Shown here: one piece after another, positions 9,089 to 18,120 of the stretch
How the letters are laid out: every line of letters starts with the position of its first letter
How positions within the stretch are numbered: position 1 is the stretch's first letter
NCBI GenBank assembly: GCA_022616665.1
Contig: JAKEFJ010000059.1
Coordinates: forward strand, 25,276 to 89,275
Origin: Acidobacteriota bacterium
Lineage (GTDB): Bacteria > Acidobacteriota > Polarisedimenticolia > Gp22-AA2 > AA152
Direction: 5' to 3'
Length of the DNA: 64,000 bases
Made by a program: the position numbers and the translations under genes
The notes under the pieces: generated by a model
Told to the model about the DNA's origin: nothing
Seen by the model: only the letters and a program-made list of their open reading frames with translations
Database searches by the model: none

Positions 9089-9841
9089 ATGGTCGATTCT
9101 CTGAATATTGCCCTGGAGCACTTGGGTGGCCTCGGGCTACTCCTGAGGGACACTTTCCGCCACGGTTTCCGCCGCCCACGGGAATGGGGGATCCTGATAG
9201 GGCAGTTGCACCACCTCGGAGTAGGATCCGCTCCTATCGTGCTGACGACCGCCCTGTTCACGGGAATGGTCCTGGCGCTGCAGACGGCGGCCTCCTGGGC
9301 CGCTTTCGGGAAGTTGCTCATCGGTGATGTGGTTTCCCTCTCCATCGTGCGGGAGCTGGGGCCCGTCCTCTCGGCGCTCATGATCGGAGGGCGGGTGGGG
9401 GCGGGAATCACCGCCGAGATTGGCACCATGAAAGTGACCGAGCAGGTGGACGCGATTCGCGCTCTGGCGGCGGATCCGGTGAAGAAGCTGGTTTTTCCCA
9501 AGGTCCTTGCCACGACGCTGATGCTGCCGATGCTGACCATCCTCGCGAATTTCGTGGGAATCCTCGGTGGTTGGTTGATCGCCTGCTCGGAACTGAACCA
9601 GACCTCGGAGTTCTATCTGAAGCACGTCCGTTCGGCCCTGGCGGTTCATGACATCTTCAGCGGCATCGGGAAAACTGTCTTCTTTGCCCTCTTCATCTCC
9701 ATCATCGCCTGCTACAACGGCCTGCGGGCCTCCGGCGGCGCCGACGGAGTGGGCAGGGCAACGACCCAGACGGTCGTGGCCGCCTCCATTTCGGTGCTGA
9801 TCTCCGACTTCTTCCTGACCAAGCTTTTCCTGATCTTTTAG
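9089..9841 (+). CDS. mlaE: MlaE-type ABC transporter permease (lipid asymmetry maintenance)
   Basis: 250 aa, polytopic. Blocks ALFTGMVLALQ, VRELGPVLSALMIGGRVGAGITAEIGTMKVTEQVDA are typical of MlaE/Ttg2B. Confidence 0.85.
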   Translation: MVDSLNIALEHLGGLGLLLRDTFRHGFRRPREWGILIGQLHHLGVGSAPIVLTTALFTGMVLALQTAASWAAFGKLLIGDVVSLSIVRELGPVLSALMIGGRVGAGITAEIGTMKVTEQVDAIRALAADPVKKLVFPKVLATTLMLPMLTILANFVGILGGWLIACSELNQTSEFYLKHVRSALAVHDIFSGIGKTVFFALFISIIACYNGLRASGGADGVGRATTQTVVAASISVLISDFFLTKLFLIF

Positions 9842-9844
9842 CCC

Positions 9845-10600
9845 ATGGATGATCTGTTCATCCGCTATGAGGACTTGCACAAGGGCTTCGGCGAAAACCG
9901 GGTGCTGCGGGGAGTCAATCTCAATGTCCTGCGGGGCGAGACGCTGGTCATTCTGGGAGGCAGTGGCAGCGGGAAGTCGGTTCTTCTCCGCCACACCATC
10001 GGCCTCATGGTGCCGGATCGGGGCCGGGTCGTGGTAGATGGGACCGATCTCACCGACCTGTCCGAGGAGGAATTGATGCCCGTCAGGAAAAAAGTGGGAA
10101 TGCTTTTCCAAGGGAGCGCTCTTTTCGACTCGATGGACGTGTTCGAAAACGTGGCCTACGCCTTGCGCGAGCACACCGGCCTGAACGAGGAGGAAATCGT
10201 CTCCCGGGTGAGCGAGAAGCTGGCCCTGGTGGAGCTGGACGAATCGGTGGAGAGGCGCATGCCGGCGGATCTCTCGGGGGGCATGCGCAAGCGGGTGGCG
10301 CTGGCCCGGGCCATCGCCCTGGAGCCGGCGGGAATTCTGTACGATGAGCCCACGACGGGGCTGGACCCCATCACCGCCCGGACCATCAACATGATGATCC
10401 GAAACCTCCAGAGCACCTTGAACGTCACTTCGGTGGTGGTGACTCACGATATCGCCAGCGCCTTCATGGTGGGAGATCGGATTGCTTTTCTCCACCAGGG
10501 CGAGATGGCCTTCGTGGGGACGGTGGGCGAGGCCCGCGTCAGCCCGGACCCGCGCCTGAGGGCTTTTCTCGCAGATCTCCACGGAGGTGACAGTGCTTAG
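9845..10600 (+). CDS. mlaF: MlaF-type ABC transporter ATP-binding protein
   Basis: Walker A GGSGSGKS, signature LSGGMRKRVALARA, Walker B ILYDEPTTGLD. Adjacent to mlaE. Confidence 0.85.
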   Translation: MDDLFIRYEDLHKGFGENRVLRGVNLNVLRGETLVILGGSGSGKSVLLRHTIGLMVPDRGRVVVDGTDLTDLSEEELMPVRKKVGMLFQGSALFDSMDVFENVAYALREHTGLNEEEIVSRVSEKLALVELDESVERRMPADLSGGMRKRVALARAIALEPAGILYDEPTTGLDPITARTINMMIRNLQSTLNVTSVVVTHDIASAFMVGDRIAFLHQGEMAFVGTVGEARVSPDPRLRAFLADLHGGDSA

Positions 10601-11744
10601 ATCCCGGGAGGCGAGCGTGGGTTTGCTGATTTTCGCGGCGGGACTGGTGCTCATGGTCGGAATCATGGCCGTGGGAAAGGAGTCTCGTCTGTTCGCGCGA
10701 AAGGTGGAATACTGGACCTCCTTTCCCAACGTCTCGGGCCTGGCGGAGGGATCCCCGGTCAAGCTGGTGGGCGTTCAGGTCGGGACGGTGAGTGATGTCG
10801 CGTTTCCGTCCAATCTCGGGGAGAGGGAAATCCGCGTCACCCTGCACGTCGACCGGGCCTACGCCATTCGAATTCGCGAGGGAACCACTGCCCAGCTGAA
10901 GTCTCTTTCCTACGTCTCCCAGGAGCGCTACATCGAGCTGACACCCGGCGACCCGGAGCGTCCGCAGCTCACCGCGGGAAGCCGAATCGAGCCAGGAGTC
11001 TCCGGATTTGCGGAGCTCACGGAGATGGGCCGGGGCATCGCCGACGATGTGAAGGACATCACCAGCCAGCTGCGGGAGCTGCTGATTGCCCTGAACCAGG
11101 GGGGTGGTCTGCTCTCCGAGATGATCAAGAATCCGGAGTTCGGAAGAGAGAGCCTGGAAGGCATCCAGAAGACTCTCTCGTCGGTGCAGAAGATCGCGGA
11201 GCATGTGGAAGAGGGAGATGGCCTGGCCGGGGCGCTCCTCACCGACAAGGAATACGGGCAACGCCAGCTGGCGGCCATCCAGGATTCCCTGGATTCCCTC
11301 AAGACTCTCATGGAAAAACTGAATTCCGGCCAGGGAGCGCTGGGCGAGCTCCTCACCCCCGGAGGGAAGGGGGACCTTCTCGTCGACAATCTGGTGCAGG
11401 CCACGGGAGACCTGAAATCGGTGACCGCGCAGCTCAAATCGGGCAAGGGGCTAGCCGGTCGGATGCTGGGCGACGATGCCGCGGCCCAACGCATCCTGTC
11501 GAACCTCGACAAGACCACCAGGCACCTGGAGTCGATCACCGGCAAGATGGATCGGGGGGAAGGAACCGTGGGGGCTTTGATTAATGACCCGGAAGTCTAC
11601 CAGGGACTGCGGGACGTGGTGGCGGGGGTCCAGAAGAGCAAGATGGGAAAGGGAATCATCCATCACTATCAGAAGAAGGGAAGCAAGATTCCCAGCGAAA
11701 CCCCAGGCAAGACCCCTGAAGATGCCCCTCAAGACAATCCGTAG
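10587..11744 (+). CDS. mlaD: MlaD/MCE-domain substrate-binding protein with long C-terminal helical extension
   Basis: Overlaps the mlaF end. N-terminal TM anchor (VGLLIFAAGLVLMVGIMAV), MCE-like core (GSPVKLVGVQVGTV), then a ~250-aa low-complexity/coiled region. Confidence 0.75.
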   Translation: MTVLRSREASVGLLIFAAGLVLMVGIMAVGKESRLFARKVEYWTSFPNVSGLAEGSPVKLVGVQVGTVSDVAFPSNLGEREIRVTLHVDRAYAIRIREGTTAQLKSLSYVSQERYIELTPGDPERPQLTAGSRIEPGVSGFAELTEMGRGIADDVKDITSQLRELLIALNQGGGLLSEMIKNPEFGRESLEGIQKTLSSVQKIAEHVEEGDGLAGALLTDKEYGQRQLAAIQDSLDSLKTLMEKLNSGQGALGELLTPGGKGDLLVDNLVQATGDLKSVTAQLKSGKGLAGRMLGDDAAAQRILSNLDKTTRHLESITGKMDRGEGTVGALINDPEVYQGLRDVVAGVQKSKMGKGIIHHYQKKGSKIPSETPGKTPEDAPQDNP

Positions 11745-13059
11745 CCCGGAGAAGCGCGTGACGTTGAAAGAGAAAATCGAGTCGCACCAAGCCCGAGTCG
11801 GAATCATCGGGCTGGGGTACGTTGGACTCCCGCTGGCCTGCGAGTTCGTTCGAGCGGGCTTTTCCGTGACCGGTGTGGATACCGACGCAGCCAAAGTGGA
11901 CGGGATCAACCGCGGTTCGTCGCACGTCCAGGACGTGACGGATGAAGTGCTCGGATCTCGAATCGGACCGCAAGGTCTCACGGCCACCACCCGGGTGGAG
12001 GCGCTAAGAAACTGCGACGCCGTCATCATCTGTGTCCCCACACCTCTCCGGAAGACCCGCGATCCGGACATCTCCTACATCGTCTCGGCGGTGGACGGGA
12101 TCGCCTCCGCACTTCACAAGGACATGCTGGTCATTCTGGAAAGCACCACATACCCCGGAACCACGGAAGAGGTGATCCGTCCCAAGCTGGAGTCCACGGG
12201 ACTCTCCGCCGGGAGGGACTTCTACCTGGCGTTCTCGCCGGAGCGCGTGGATCCGGGAAACCCTCGCTTCCATACCCGCAACACTCCGAAGATCGTCGGC
12301 GGGATCACGCCGGAATGCACCGAGATGGCGGCGTCACTTTACCGTCAGGCGGTGGAGACGGTCATTGCGGTCTCATCCACCCAGTGCGCGGAGATGATCA
12401 AGCTGCTGGAGAATACCTTTCGGAGCGTGAACATCGGACTGGTGAACGAGATTGCCCTGATGTGCGCTCGACTGAACCTGGATGTGTGGGAAGTCATCGA
12501 CGCGGCGGCCACCAAGCCCTTCGGATTCATGCCCTTTTATCCCGGCCCGGGACTGGGCGGGCACTGCATCCCCATCGATCCGCATTATCTCTCCTGGAAG
12601 CTGAAGACCCTGAACTACTATGCGAAGTTCATCGAGCTGGCCAGCGAAATCAATTCCAACATGCCCCACTACGTCGTGAGCCGAATCGTGGATGCCCTCA
12701 ACTCCCTGCAGAAATCGGTCAACGGATCGCGCATACTGATTCTGGGGATCGCCTACAAGAAAGACATTTCGGATGTCCGGGAGTCCCCGGCGCTGGACAT
12801 CATCAACCTCCTCCAGGACAAGGGCGCGCAGGTGATCTATCACGATCCCCACGCGCCGGAAGTCCATCTGGATCACGCGGTTCTCCGCTCGGTTTCACTG
12901 ACCGACGATCTTCTTATCGGAAGCGATTGCACGGTGATCGTCACCAACCATTCGGACTACGACTATCCGCGCATCGTGGCAAAAGCCAGAATCGTTGTGG
13001 ATACCCGAAACGCCACCCGGGGGCTGACTGCGCCCCGGGGGAAGATCCTCAAGATCTGA
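11722..13059 (+). CDS. UDP-N-acetylhexosamine (GlcNAc/ManNAc) 6-dehydrogenase, WbpA/TviB/WecC family
   Basis: The ORF-track start 11584 lies inside mlaD; I chose in-frame ATG 11722. Motifs: ARVGIIGLGYVGLPLA Rossmann motif, catalytic GGHCIPID and KDISDVRESPA. Confidence 0.8.
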   Translation: MPLKTIRSPEKRVTLKEKIESHQARVGIIGLGYVGLPLACEFVRAGFSVTGVDTDAAKVDGINRGSSHVQDVTDEVLGSRIGPQGLTATTRVEALRNCDAVIICVPTPLRKTRDPDISYIVSAVDGIASALHKDMLVILESTTYPGTTEEVIRPKLESTGLSAGRDFYLAFSPERVDPGNPRFHTRNTPKIVGGITPECTEMAASLYRQAVETVIAVSSTQCAEMIKLLENTFRSVNIGLVNEIALMCARLNLDVWEVIDAAATKPFGFMPFYPGPGLGGHCIPIDPHYLSWKLKTLNYYAKFIELASEINSNMPHYVVSRIVDALNSLQKSVNGSRILILGIAYKKDISDVRESPALDIINLLQDKGAQVIYHDPHAPEVHLDHAVLRSVSLTDDLLIGSDCTVIVTNHSDYDYPRIVAKARIVVDTRNATRGLTAPRGKILKI

Positions 13060-13072
13060 AGAAGGAGCCGGA

Positions 13073-14029
13073 TTGGGCGGAATTCTGGTTACGGGCGGGG
13101 CAGGGTTCATTGGATCCCATCTCTGCGAGCGGCTCGCGGGGGAAGGGCGCGAGGTCATCTGCCTGGATGTGTTCGACAGCTTCTACTCGAAGAAAATCAA
13201 GCTTCGCAATATCGATTCCCTGAAGGATGCGCCAAACTTCCACCTCTACGAAGGCGACATCCGCGATCCGGCGGTGCTGGAAGACCTCTTCGGGCACCAC
13301 CGGGTGGAAGCCGTGGTCCATCTCGCGGCCAGGGCGGGCGTTAGACCTTCCCTGGAGATGCCCCGCCTGTACACCGACGTGAATCTCACCGGAACCGCGA
13401 CGCTTCTGGAGCATGCCCGCAACTTCAAGGTGAGCCGGTTCCTGTTCGGCTCCTCTTCGTCGGTCTATGGGAACAGCGACCGGATTCCCCTGGTGGAGAC
13501 CGAACGGGTGGATGAGCCCGTGTCGCCCTACGCCGCCACCAAGCGGGCGGGGGAGCTGCTGACCTACACTTACCATCATCTTTATGGCATGAACGTATCC
13601 TGCCTGAGGTTCTTCACCGTCTACGGGCCTCGCCAGCGGCCTGAAATGGCCATTCACAAGTTCACTCGTCTGATCGATCAAGGGGAGGCCGTGCCTCTCT
13701 TTGGAGACGGCAGCTCGGCCCGCGACTATACCTACGTGGACGACATCGTCGCGGGAATCGTGGCCGCGCTGGAGCGCGCCCGCGGCTACCAGATCTACAA
13801 CCTCGGCCGCAGCGAAGTTGTCAGCCTGAAGGAGCTGATCGCCCACATCGAATCCGCCCTGGGAAAGAAGGCGAATCTCGTCTTCCAGTCGGAGCAGCCG
13901 GGGGACGTGCGCCAGACCTGTGCCGACCTCACTCGATCGCGACAGGGGTTGGGGTATGAGCCGAAGATCGGCATCCAGGAGGGGATTGGACGTTTTGTGC
14001 AGTGGTATCGGACCCAGCTGACGAGCTGA
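13073..14029 (+). CDS. Extended SDR, UDP-glucuronate 4-epimerase-like
   Basis: [19 protein letters not shown] catalytic YxxxK, and RFFTVYGPRQRPEMA, which I recall as typical of UDP-GlcA 4-epimerases (GAE/Cap1J type). Sits next to ugd. Confidence 0.7.
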   Translation: MGGILVTGGAGFIGSHLCERLAGEGREVICLDVFDSFYSKKIKLRNIDSLKDAPNFHLYEGDIRDPAVLEDLFGHHRVEAVVHLAARAGVRPSLEMPRLYTDVNLTGTATLLEHARNFKVSRFLFGSSSSVYGNSDRIPLVETERVDEPVSPYAATKRAGELLTYTYHHLYGMNVSCLRFFTVYGPRQRPEMAIHKFTRLIDQGEAVPLFGDGSSARDYTYVDDIVAGIVAALERARGYQIYNLGRSEVVSLKELIAHIESALGKKANLVFQSEQPGDVRQTCADLTRSRQGLGYEPKIGIQEGIGRFVQWYRTQLTS

Positions 14030-14058
14030 GTCCCTTAGTTTACGAATAGGGGAGCTTC

Positions 14059-15357
14059 ATGAAGATCACCGTGGTGGGGACGGGCTACGTGGGGCTGGTC
14101 ACCGGGACCTGCTTCGCGGAGTTTGGGGTGAACGTCGCCTGCGTGGACGTCGACGCAGAAAAGATCTCCGTGCTCCAGAAGGGAAGAGTGCCCATCTTCG
14201 AGCCGGGACTGGAAGAGATGGTGCGCCGCAACATGGCGGAGGGGAGGCTCTCCTTTTCCACAGACCTGAAGTCGGCGGTGGAAAAGGCCCTGGTGGTATT
14301 CATCGCCGTGGGTACGCCGCAACGCGACGACGGCTCCGCCGATCTGACTTATGTCCGGGAGGTGGCCCGCGGCATCGGCGGCGCCATGAACGACTACAAG
14401 GTGGTAGTGACGAAGAGCACGGTGCCGATGGGAACCGGGGCCATGATCCGCGAGATCCTCCAGAAGGAAGCGCCTCACGGGGTGGAGTTCTCCGTGGCCT
14501 CCAACCCGGAGTTTCTCCGAGAGGGCTCTGCCATCGAGGATTTCATCCGTCCTAACCGGGTGGTCATCGGAGCCGACGATCCGAAAGCCGTCGCCATCCT
14601 CAAGGAGCTTTATAACCCCCTCTACCTCATCGAGACGCCCTTTCTGATCACCAATGTGGTCAGCGCCGAGATGATCAAGTACGCGAGCAACGCTTTTCTG
14701 GCCACGAAGATCTCATTCGTCAACGAAATCGCCGCGTTGTGCGAGAAGGTGGGTGCAGACGTCCACGAGGTGGCGAGGGGGATGGGTCTGGATCATCGCA
14801 TCGGGCGGCTGTTTCTGCACCCGGGACCAGGGTACGGCGGCTCGTGCTTTCCCAAGGACACGCTGGCGGTTCTCACGGTGGGGCGCAATCACCACCTGGA
14901 GATGAAAGTCATCGCCGCCGTGGTCGCGGTCAACGATGCCCAGATCGGCCGAATGGTGGAGAAAATCCGGACCATGACGGAAGGGCTCCGGGGCAAGCGG
15001 GTCGGGGTCCTGGGTCTTTCTTTCAAGCCCAACACCAGCGACATCCGGGAGTCCCCGGCGATCCGGATCATTCAGGAGATCCAGAAGGAGGGCGCCCGGA
15101 TTCGGGCCTTCGATCCCGTGGCGATTCACGAGGCACGTCGTGTGCTGCAGGAAGTGGATTACGGCACCGACGAGTACGATACCGCCAGCGGGTGTGACGC
15201 CCTGGTTCTGGCCACCGAGTGGAACCAATTTCGCAATCTGGACCTCCCGCGAATCAAGAAACTGATGCGCCAACCGGTGATGATCGACCTGCGCAACGTC
15301 TACGAACCCGAGGATTTGCGCCGCCAGGGTTTCCGCTACACGGCGGTGGGCCGGTAG
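14059..15357 (+). CDS. ugd: UDP-glucose 6-dehydrogenase
   Basis: MKITVVGTGYVGLVTGTCFAEFG, GGSCFPKD catalytic Cys block, FKPNTSDIRESPA; 432 aa. Confidence 0.9.
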   Translation: MKITVVGTGYVGLVTGTCFAEFGVNVACVDVDAEKISVLQKGRVPIFEPGLEEMVRRNMAEGRLSFSTDLKSAVEKALVVFIAVGTPQRDDGSADLTYVREVARGIGGAMNDYKVVVTKSTVPMGTGAMIREILQKEAPHGVEFSVASNPEFLREGSAIEDFIRPNRVVIGADDPKAVAILKELYNPLYLIETPFLITNVVSAEMIKYASNAFLATKISFVNEIAALCEKVGADVHEVARGMGLDHRIGRLFLHPGPGYGGSCFPKDTLAVLTVGRNHHLEMKVIAAVVAVNDAQIGRMVEKIRTMTEGLRGKRVGVLGLSFKPNTSDIRESPAIRIIQEIQKEGARIRAFDPVAIHEARRVLQEVDYGTDEYDTASGCDALVLATEWNQFRNLDLPRIKKLMRQPVMIDLRNVYEPEDLRRQGFRYTAVGR

Positions 15358-15372
15358 GGAGGAAGAGCCATC

Positions 15373-16308
15373 GTGCCTAGGTATCTCGTCACCGGCGGTG
15401 CCGGATTCATCGGATCCCACCTGGTCCGGGAGCTGGTCTCCCGAGGCGAAACGGTCCGGGTGCTGGACAATTACGTGACGGGGAAGCGTGAGAATCTGAT
15501 TCCCGGCGCCGAGGGGCTCGAGCTCATGGAAGGCAGCGTGGACGATCCAGCTGTCGTGGATCGGGCCATGCAGGGGGTGGACTTCGTCCTGCACCAGGCG
15601 GCTCTGGGATCGGTGCCTCGATCCGTCGAGGATCCCCTGACCACCCACGCCGCGAATCTGACCGGCACGTTGGTCCTCCTGGAAGCGGCCCGCCGGGCTG
15701 GCGTCCGGCGCTTCGTCTACGCCTCTTCATCCTCCGTCTACGGGGACACGCCTCAGCTTCCGAAGCTGGAGACGATGCAGACGGTTCCGCTGTCGCCCTA
15801 CGCGGTCACCAAGCTCGGCGGCGAGCTTTACTGCGGCGTGTTCCATCGGATCTACGGTCTGGAGACGGTTTCGCTGCGCTATTTCAATGTCTTCGGTCCC
15901 CGCCAGAGTCCCGATTCCCAGTATGCCGCCGTCGTCCCCCGGTTCATGAGCGCGCTCGCGAGCTCGGATTCGCCGGTGATTTACGGGGATGGCATGCAGT
16001 CCCGGGATTTCACCTACATCGACAACGTGGTCCAGGCTAATCTCCTGGCGTGCACGGCCCCCTCCGCCGCGGCGGGGCAAGCGTTCAACATCGCCTGCGG
16101 CGCGAGCTTCACGTTGCTGGACCTGCTGCGGGAGATGGGAAAAATCTCCGGCAAGAACATTCAACCCCGCTTCGAAGCTGCCCGCCTGGGAGACGTGCGC
16201 GATTCTCTGGCCGGAATCGGCAAGGCACAAGAATTGCTCGGGTATCAAGCGGCCGTTACCTTCCAGGAAGGACTGCGTCGCACCCTCCACTTTGCGGGAT
16301 TGGAGTGA
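15373..16308 (+). CDS. Extended SDR, UDP-GlcNAc/UDP-HexNAcA 4-epimerase-like (WbpP/TviC type)
   Basis: [35 protein letters not shown] and FNVFGPRQ are typical of WbpP-like epimerases. Specificity not determinable. Confidence 0.7.
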   Translation: MPRYLVTGGAGFIGSHLVRELVSRGETVRVLDNYVTGKRENLIPGAEGLELMEGSVDDPAVVDRAMQGVDFVLHQAALGSVPRSVEDPLTTHAANLTGTLVLLEAARRAGVRRFVYASSSSVYGDTPQLPKLETMQTVPLSPYAVTKLGGELYCGVFHRIYGLETVSLRYFNVFGPRQSPDSQYAAVVPRFMSALASSDSPVIYGDGMQSRDFTYIDNVVQANLLACTAPSAAAGQAFNIACGASFTLLDLLREMGKISGKNIQPRFEAARLGDVRDSLAGIGKAQELLGYQAAVTFQEGLRRTLHFAGLE

Positions 16309-16313
16309 GCCGG

Positions 16314-16994
16314 ATGAAGCTCTCGGTCGTGATGCCCGTTTACAACGAGGAGCGGACGGTCGAGGCCATCCTGGCCCGCGTGCTTCAAGCCCCCGGCCTC
16401 CTGGAAATCATCGTGGTCGACGATGCCTCCACCGACCAGACGGCCCAGGTGTTGGCTCGGGTGGCCGATTCGCGCGTTCGCATCATCAGGCATCCAAAGA
16501 ACCGCGGGAAAGGGGCCGCGCTGCGGACCGGATTTGCCCAGGTCCAGGGTGAAGCGGTGATTATCCAGGACGCGGATCTGGAGTACGACCCAAGGGAGTA
16601 TCCGAAACTCCTGGAGCCCATCGAGGCGGATCTGGCCGATGTGGTGTACGGTTCCCGTTTCACGGGAGAGACTCATCGCGTGCTGTTCTTCTGGCATTAC
16701 GTGGGAAATCGCTTCCTGACCACGCTCTCCAACATGTTCACGAATCTGAATCTGACGGACATGGAAACCTGTTACAAGGCCTTTCGTGCCGAAGCCTTGA
16801 AAGGTCTGGATCTCAAGTCGGAGCGTTTCGGGATCGAGCCGGAGATCACCGCCAAAATCGCCCGTCGAGGCCTTCGGGTCTACGAGACTTCCATCACCTA
16901 CCACGGGCGGAACTACGCCGAAGGGAAGAAAATCACCTGGCGGGACGGTTTGGTCGCCATCGCGGCCATCGTCCGATTCGGCCTGTTCGACTAG
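16314..16994 (+). CDS. GT2 polyprenyl-phosphate sugar synthase-like (DPM1/Ppm1-type, soluble)
   Basis: The ORF-track start 16050 overlaps the upstream gene; I chose ATG 16314. MKLSVVMPVYNEE, VVDDASTD, IIQDADLEYDP (DXD), 226 aa with no TM tail. Confidence 0.8.
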   Translation: MKLSVVMPVYNEERTVEAILARVLQAPGLLEIIVVDDASTDQTAQVLARVADSRVRIIRHPKNRGKGAALRTGFAQVQGEAVIIQDADLEYDPREYPKLLEPIEADLADVVYGSRFTGETHRVLFFWHYVGNRFLTTLSNMFTNLNLTDMETCYKAFRAEALKGLDLKSERFGIEPEITAKIARRGLRVYETSITYHGRNYAEGKKITWRDGLVAIAAIVRFGLFD

Positions 16995-17064
16995 CTAGCT
17001 CCCCGGGGAGTCGGGACTTCGAACCGCCGCCGGTTCCGCTCTTGGAGGGCAGGAGGAGAATCTC

Positions 17065-18120
17065 GTGCGATCGCGGCTCTGGGTCATCGTCCTTGCCGGC
17101 GGCAGAGGGGAGCGCTTCTGGCCCCTTTCCACGACCCGCCGGCCCAAGCCGTTTTTGAGTCTCGGCATGGGGAGGTCGTTGCTTCGGCAGACCCTCAACC
17201 GGGCCCGCACGGTGGCCCCGGGAAATCGCACCCGGGTGGTGGCCGGAAAGCCCCTGGAACGCGCCGTTCGAAAAGAGCTCGGCCACCATGCGGGAGCCGG
17301 GATTCTCCTGGAGCCCGAGGCCCGCAATACGGGGCCGGCATCGCTGTTGGCCACCCGATGGGTCTGGGAGCGGGACCGCGAGGCAACAGTTCTAATCCTG
17401 CCGGCCGATCATTGCGTGCAGGGGGTGTTGCCCTTTCGCCGGGCCGTGGAGCGGGCGCGCCAGCTTGCGGTGCAAGGATATCTGGTCACTTTCGGGATAC
17501 GGCCCGACGGCGTATCAACGGATTTCGGCTACATCCTCCGCGGGGAGCGATTGAAGCCAAGCGGCCGTCGGGTCAGCCGTTTCGTTGAGAAACCGACAAT
17601 CCCGATCGCCCGCCGCCTGCTCCATCGCGGGGCCCTCTGGAACTCGGGGATGTTCATCTGGCAAGCGCGAGCCTTCCTGGAAGAGGCCGCTCGATGCGAA
17701 CCCTCGTTCGGAGGGTGGCTAGATGCCGCTGCTCGCAGCGGAAGCGGAAGCTCCCGAGCGCGTCGCGCCTTCGCGAGCCTGCCGTCGCTTCCGGTGGACC
17801 GTGCGGTGCTGGAAAGATCCGATCGGGTGGCGGTGGTGGAGGCTAAATTTCGGTGGTCCGACCTGGGAAGCTGGTCGGCGTTATACGATGTCTCCCGCAA
17901 GGATTCGAGAAAAAACGTAGGGATGGGGCGCAACATCGCGCTGTATTCCGCCAATAACCTGGTTTATTCGGAAGAAGGACTCTGTGTGCTTTACGGGGTG
18001 GAAGGATTACTCCTGGTGCGCTCGGGAGACGTGGTGCTGGTCTGCCCTCGCCGCGAGGCTTCCGAGATGAAAAACCTCGTCCAGGAGATGCGGAAGCGGG
18101 GGCTCGGTGCCTATCTCTGA
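17065..18120 (+). CDS. Mannose-1-phosphate guanylyltransferase-like nucleotidyltransferase (no PMI domain)
   Basis: GTG start preceded by GGAGGAG. VILAGGRGERFWPLS...PKPFL N-terminal signature of ManC/CpsB-type NTP transferases; 351 aa. Confidence 0.75.
   Translation: MRSRLWVIVLAGGRGERFWPLSTTRRPKPFLSLGMGRSLLRQTLNRARTVAPGNRTRVVAGKPLERAVRKELGHHAGAGILLEPEARNTGPASLLATRWVWERDREATVLILPADHCVQGVLPFRRAVERARQLAVQGYLVTFGIRPDGVSTDFGYILRGERLKPSGRRVSRFVEKPTIPIARRLLHRGALWNSGMFIWQARAFLEEAARCEPSFGGWLDAAARSGSGSSRARRAFASLPSLPVDRAVLERSDRVAVVEAKFRWSDLGSWSALYDVSRKDSRKNVGMGRNIALYSANNLVYSEEGLCVLYGVEGLLLVRSGDVVLVCPRREASEMKNLVQEMRKRGLGAYL

Noticed and set aside
9137-10762. 541-aa minus-strand ORF antisense to mlaE/mlaF. 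Similar long ORFs occur at 17843..19567 (-, 574 aa), 21494..23254 (-, 586 aa), 45040..46014 (-), 14713..15648 (-), 13049..13846 (-) and 26523..27560 (-).
   Set aside because: Each lies antisense to, or out of frame with, genes that have clear family motifs. Their translations are low-complexity and R/G/P/H-rich with no recognisable motifs. These are typical stop-poor shadow ORFs of GC-rich DNA.
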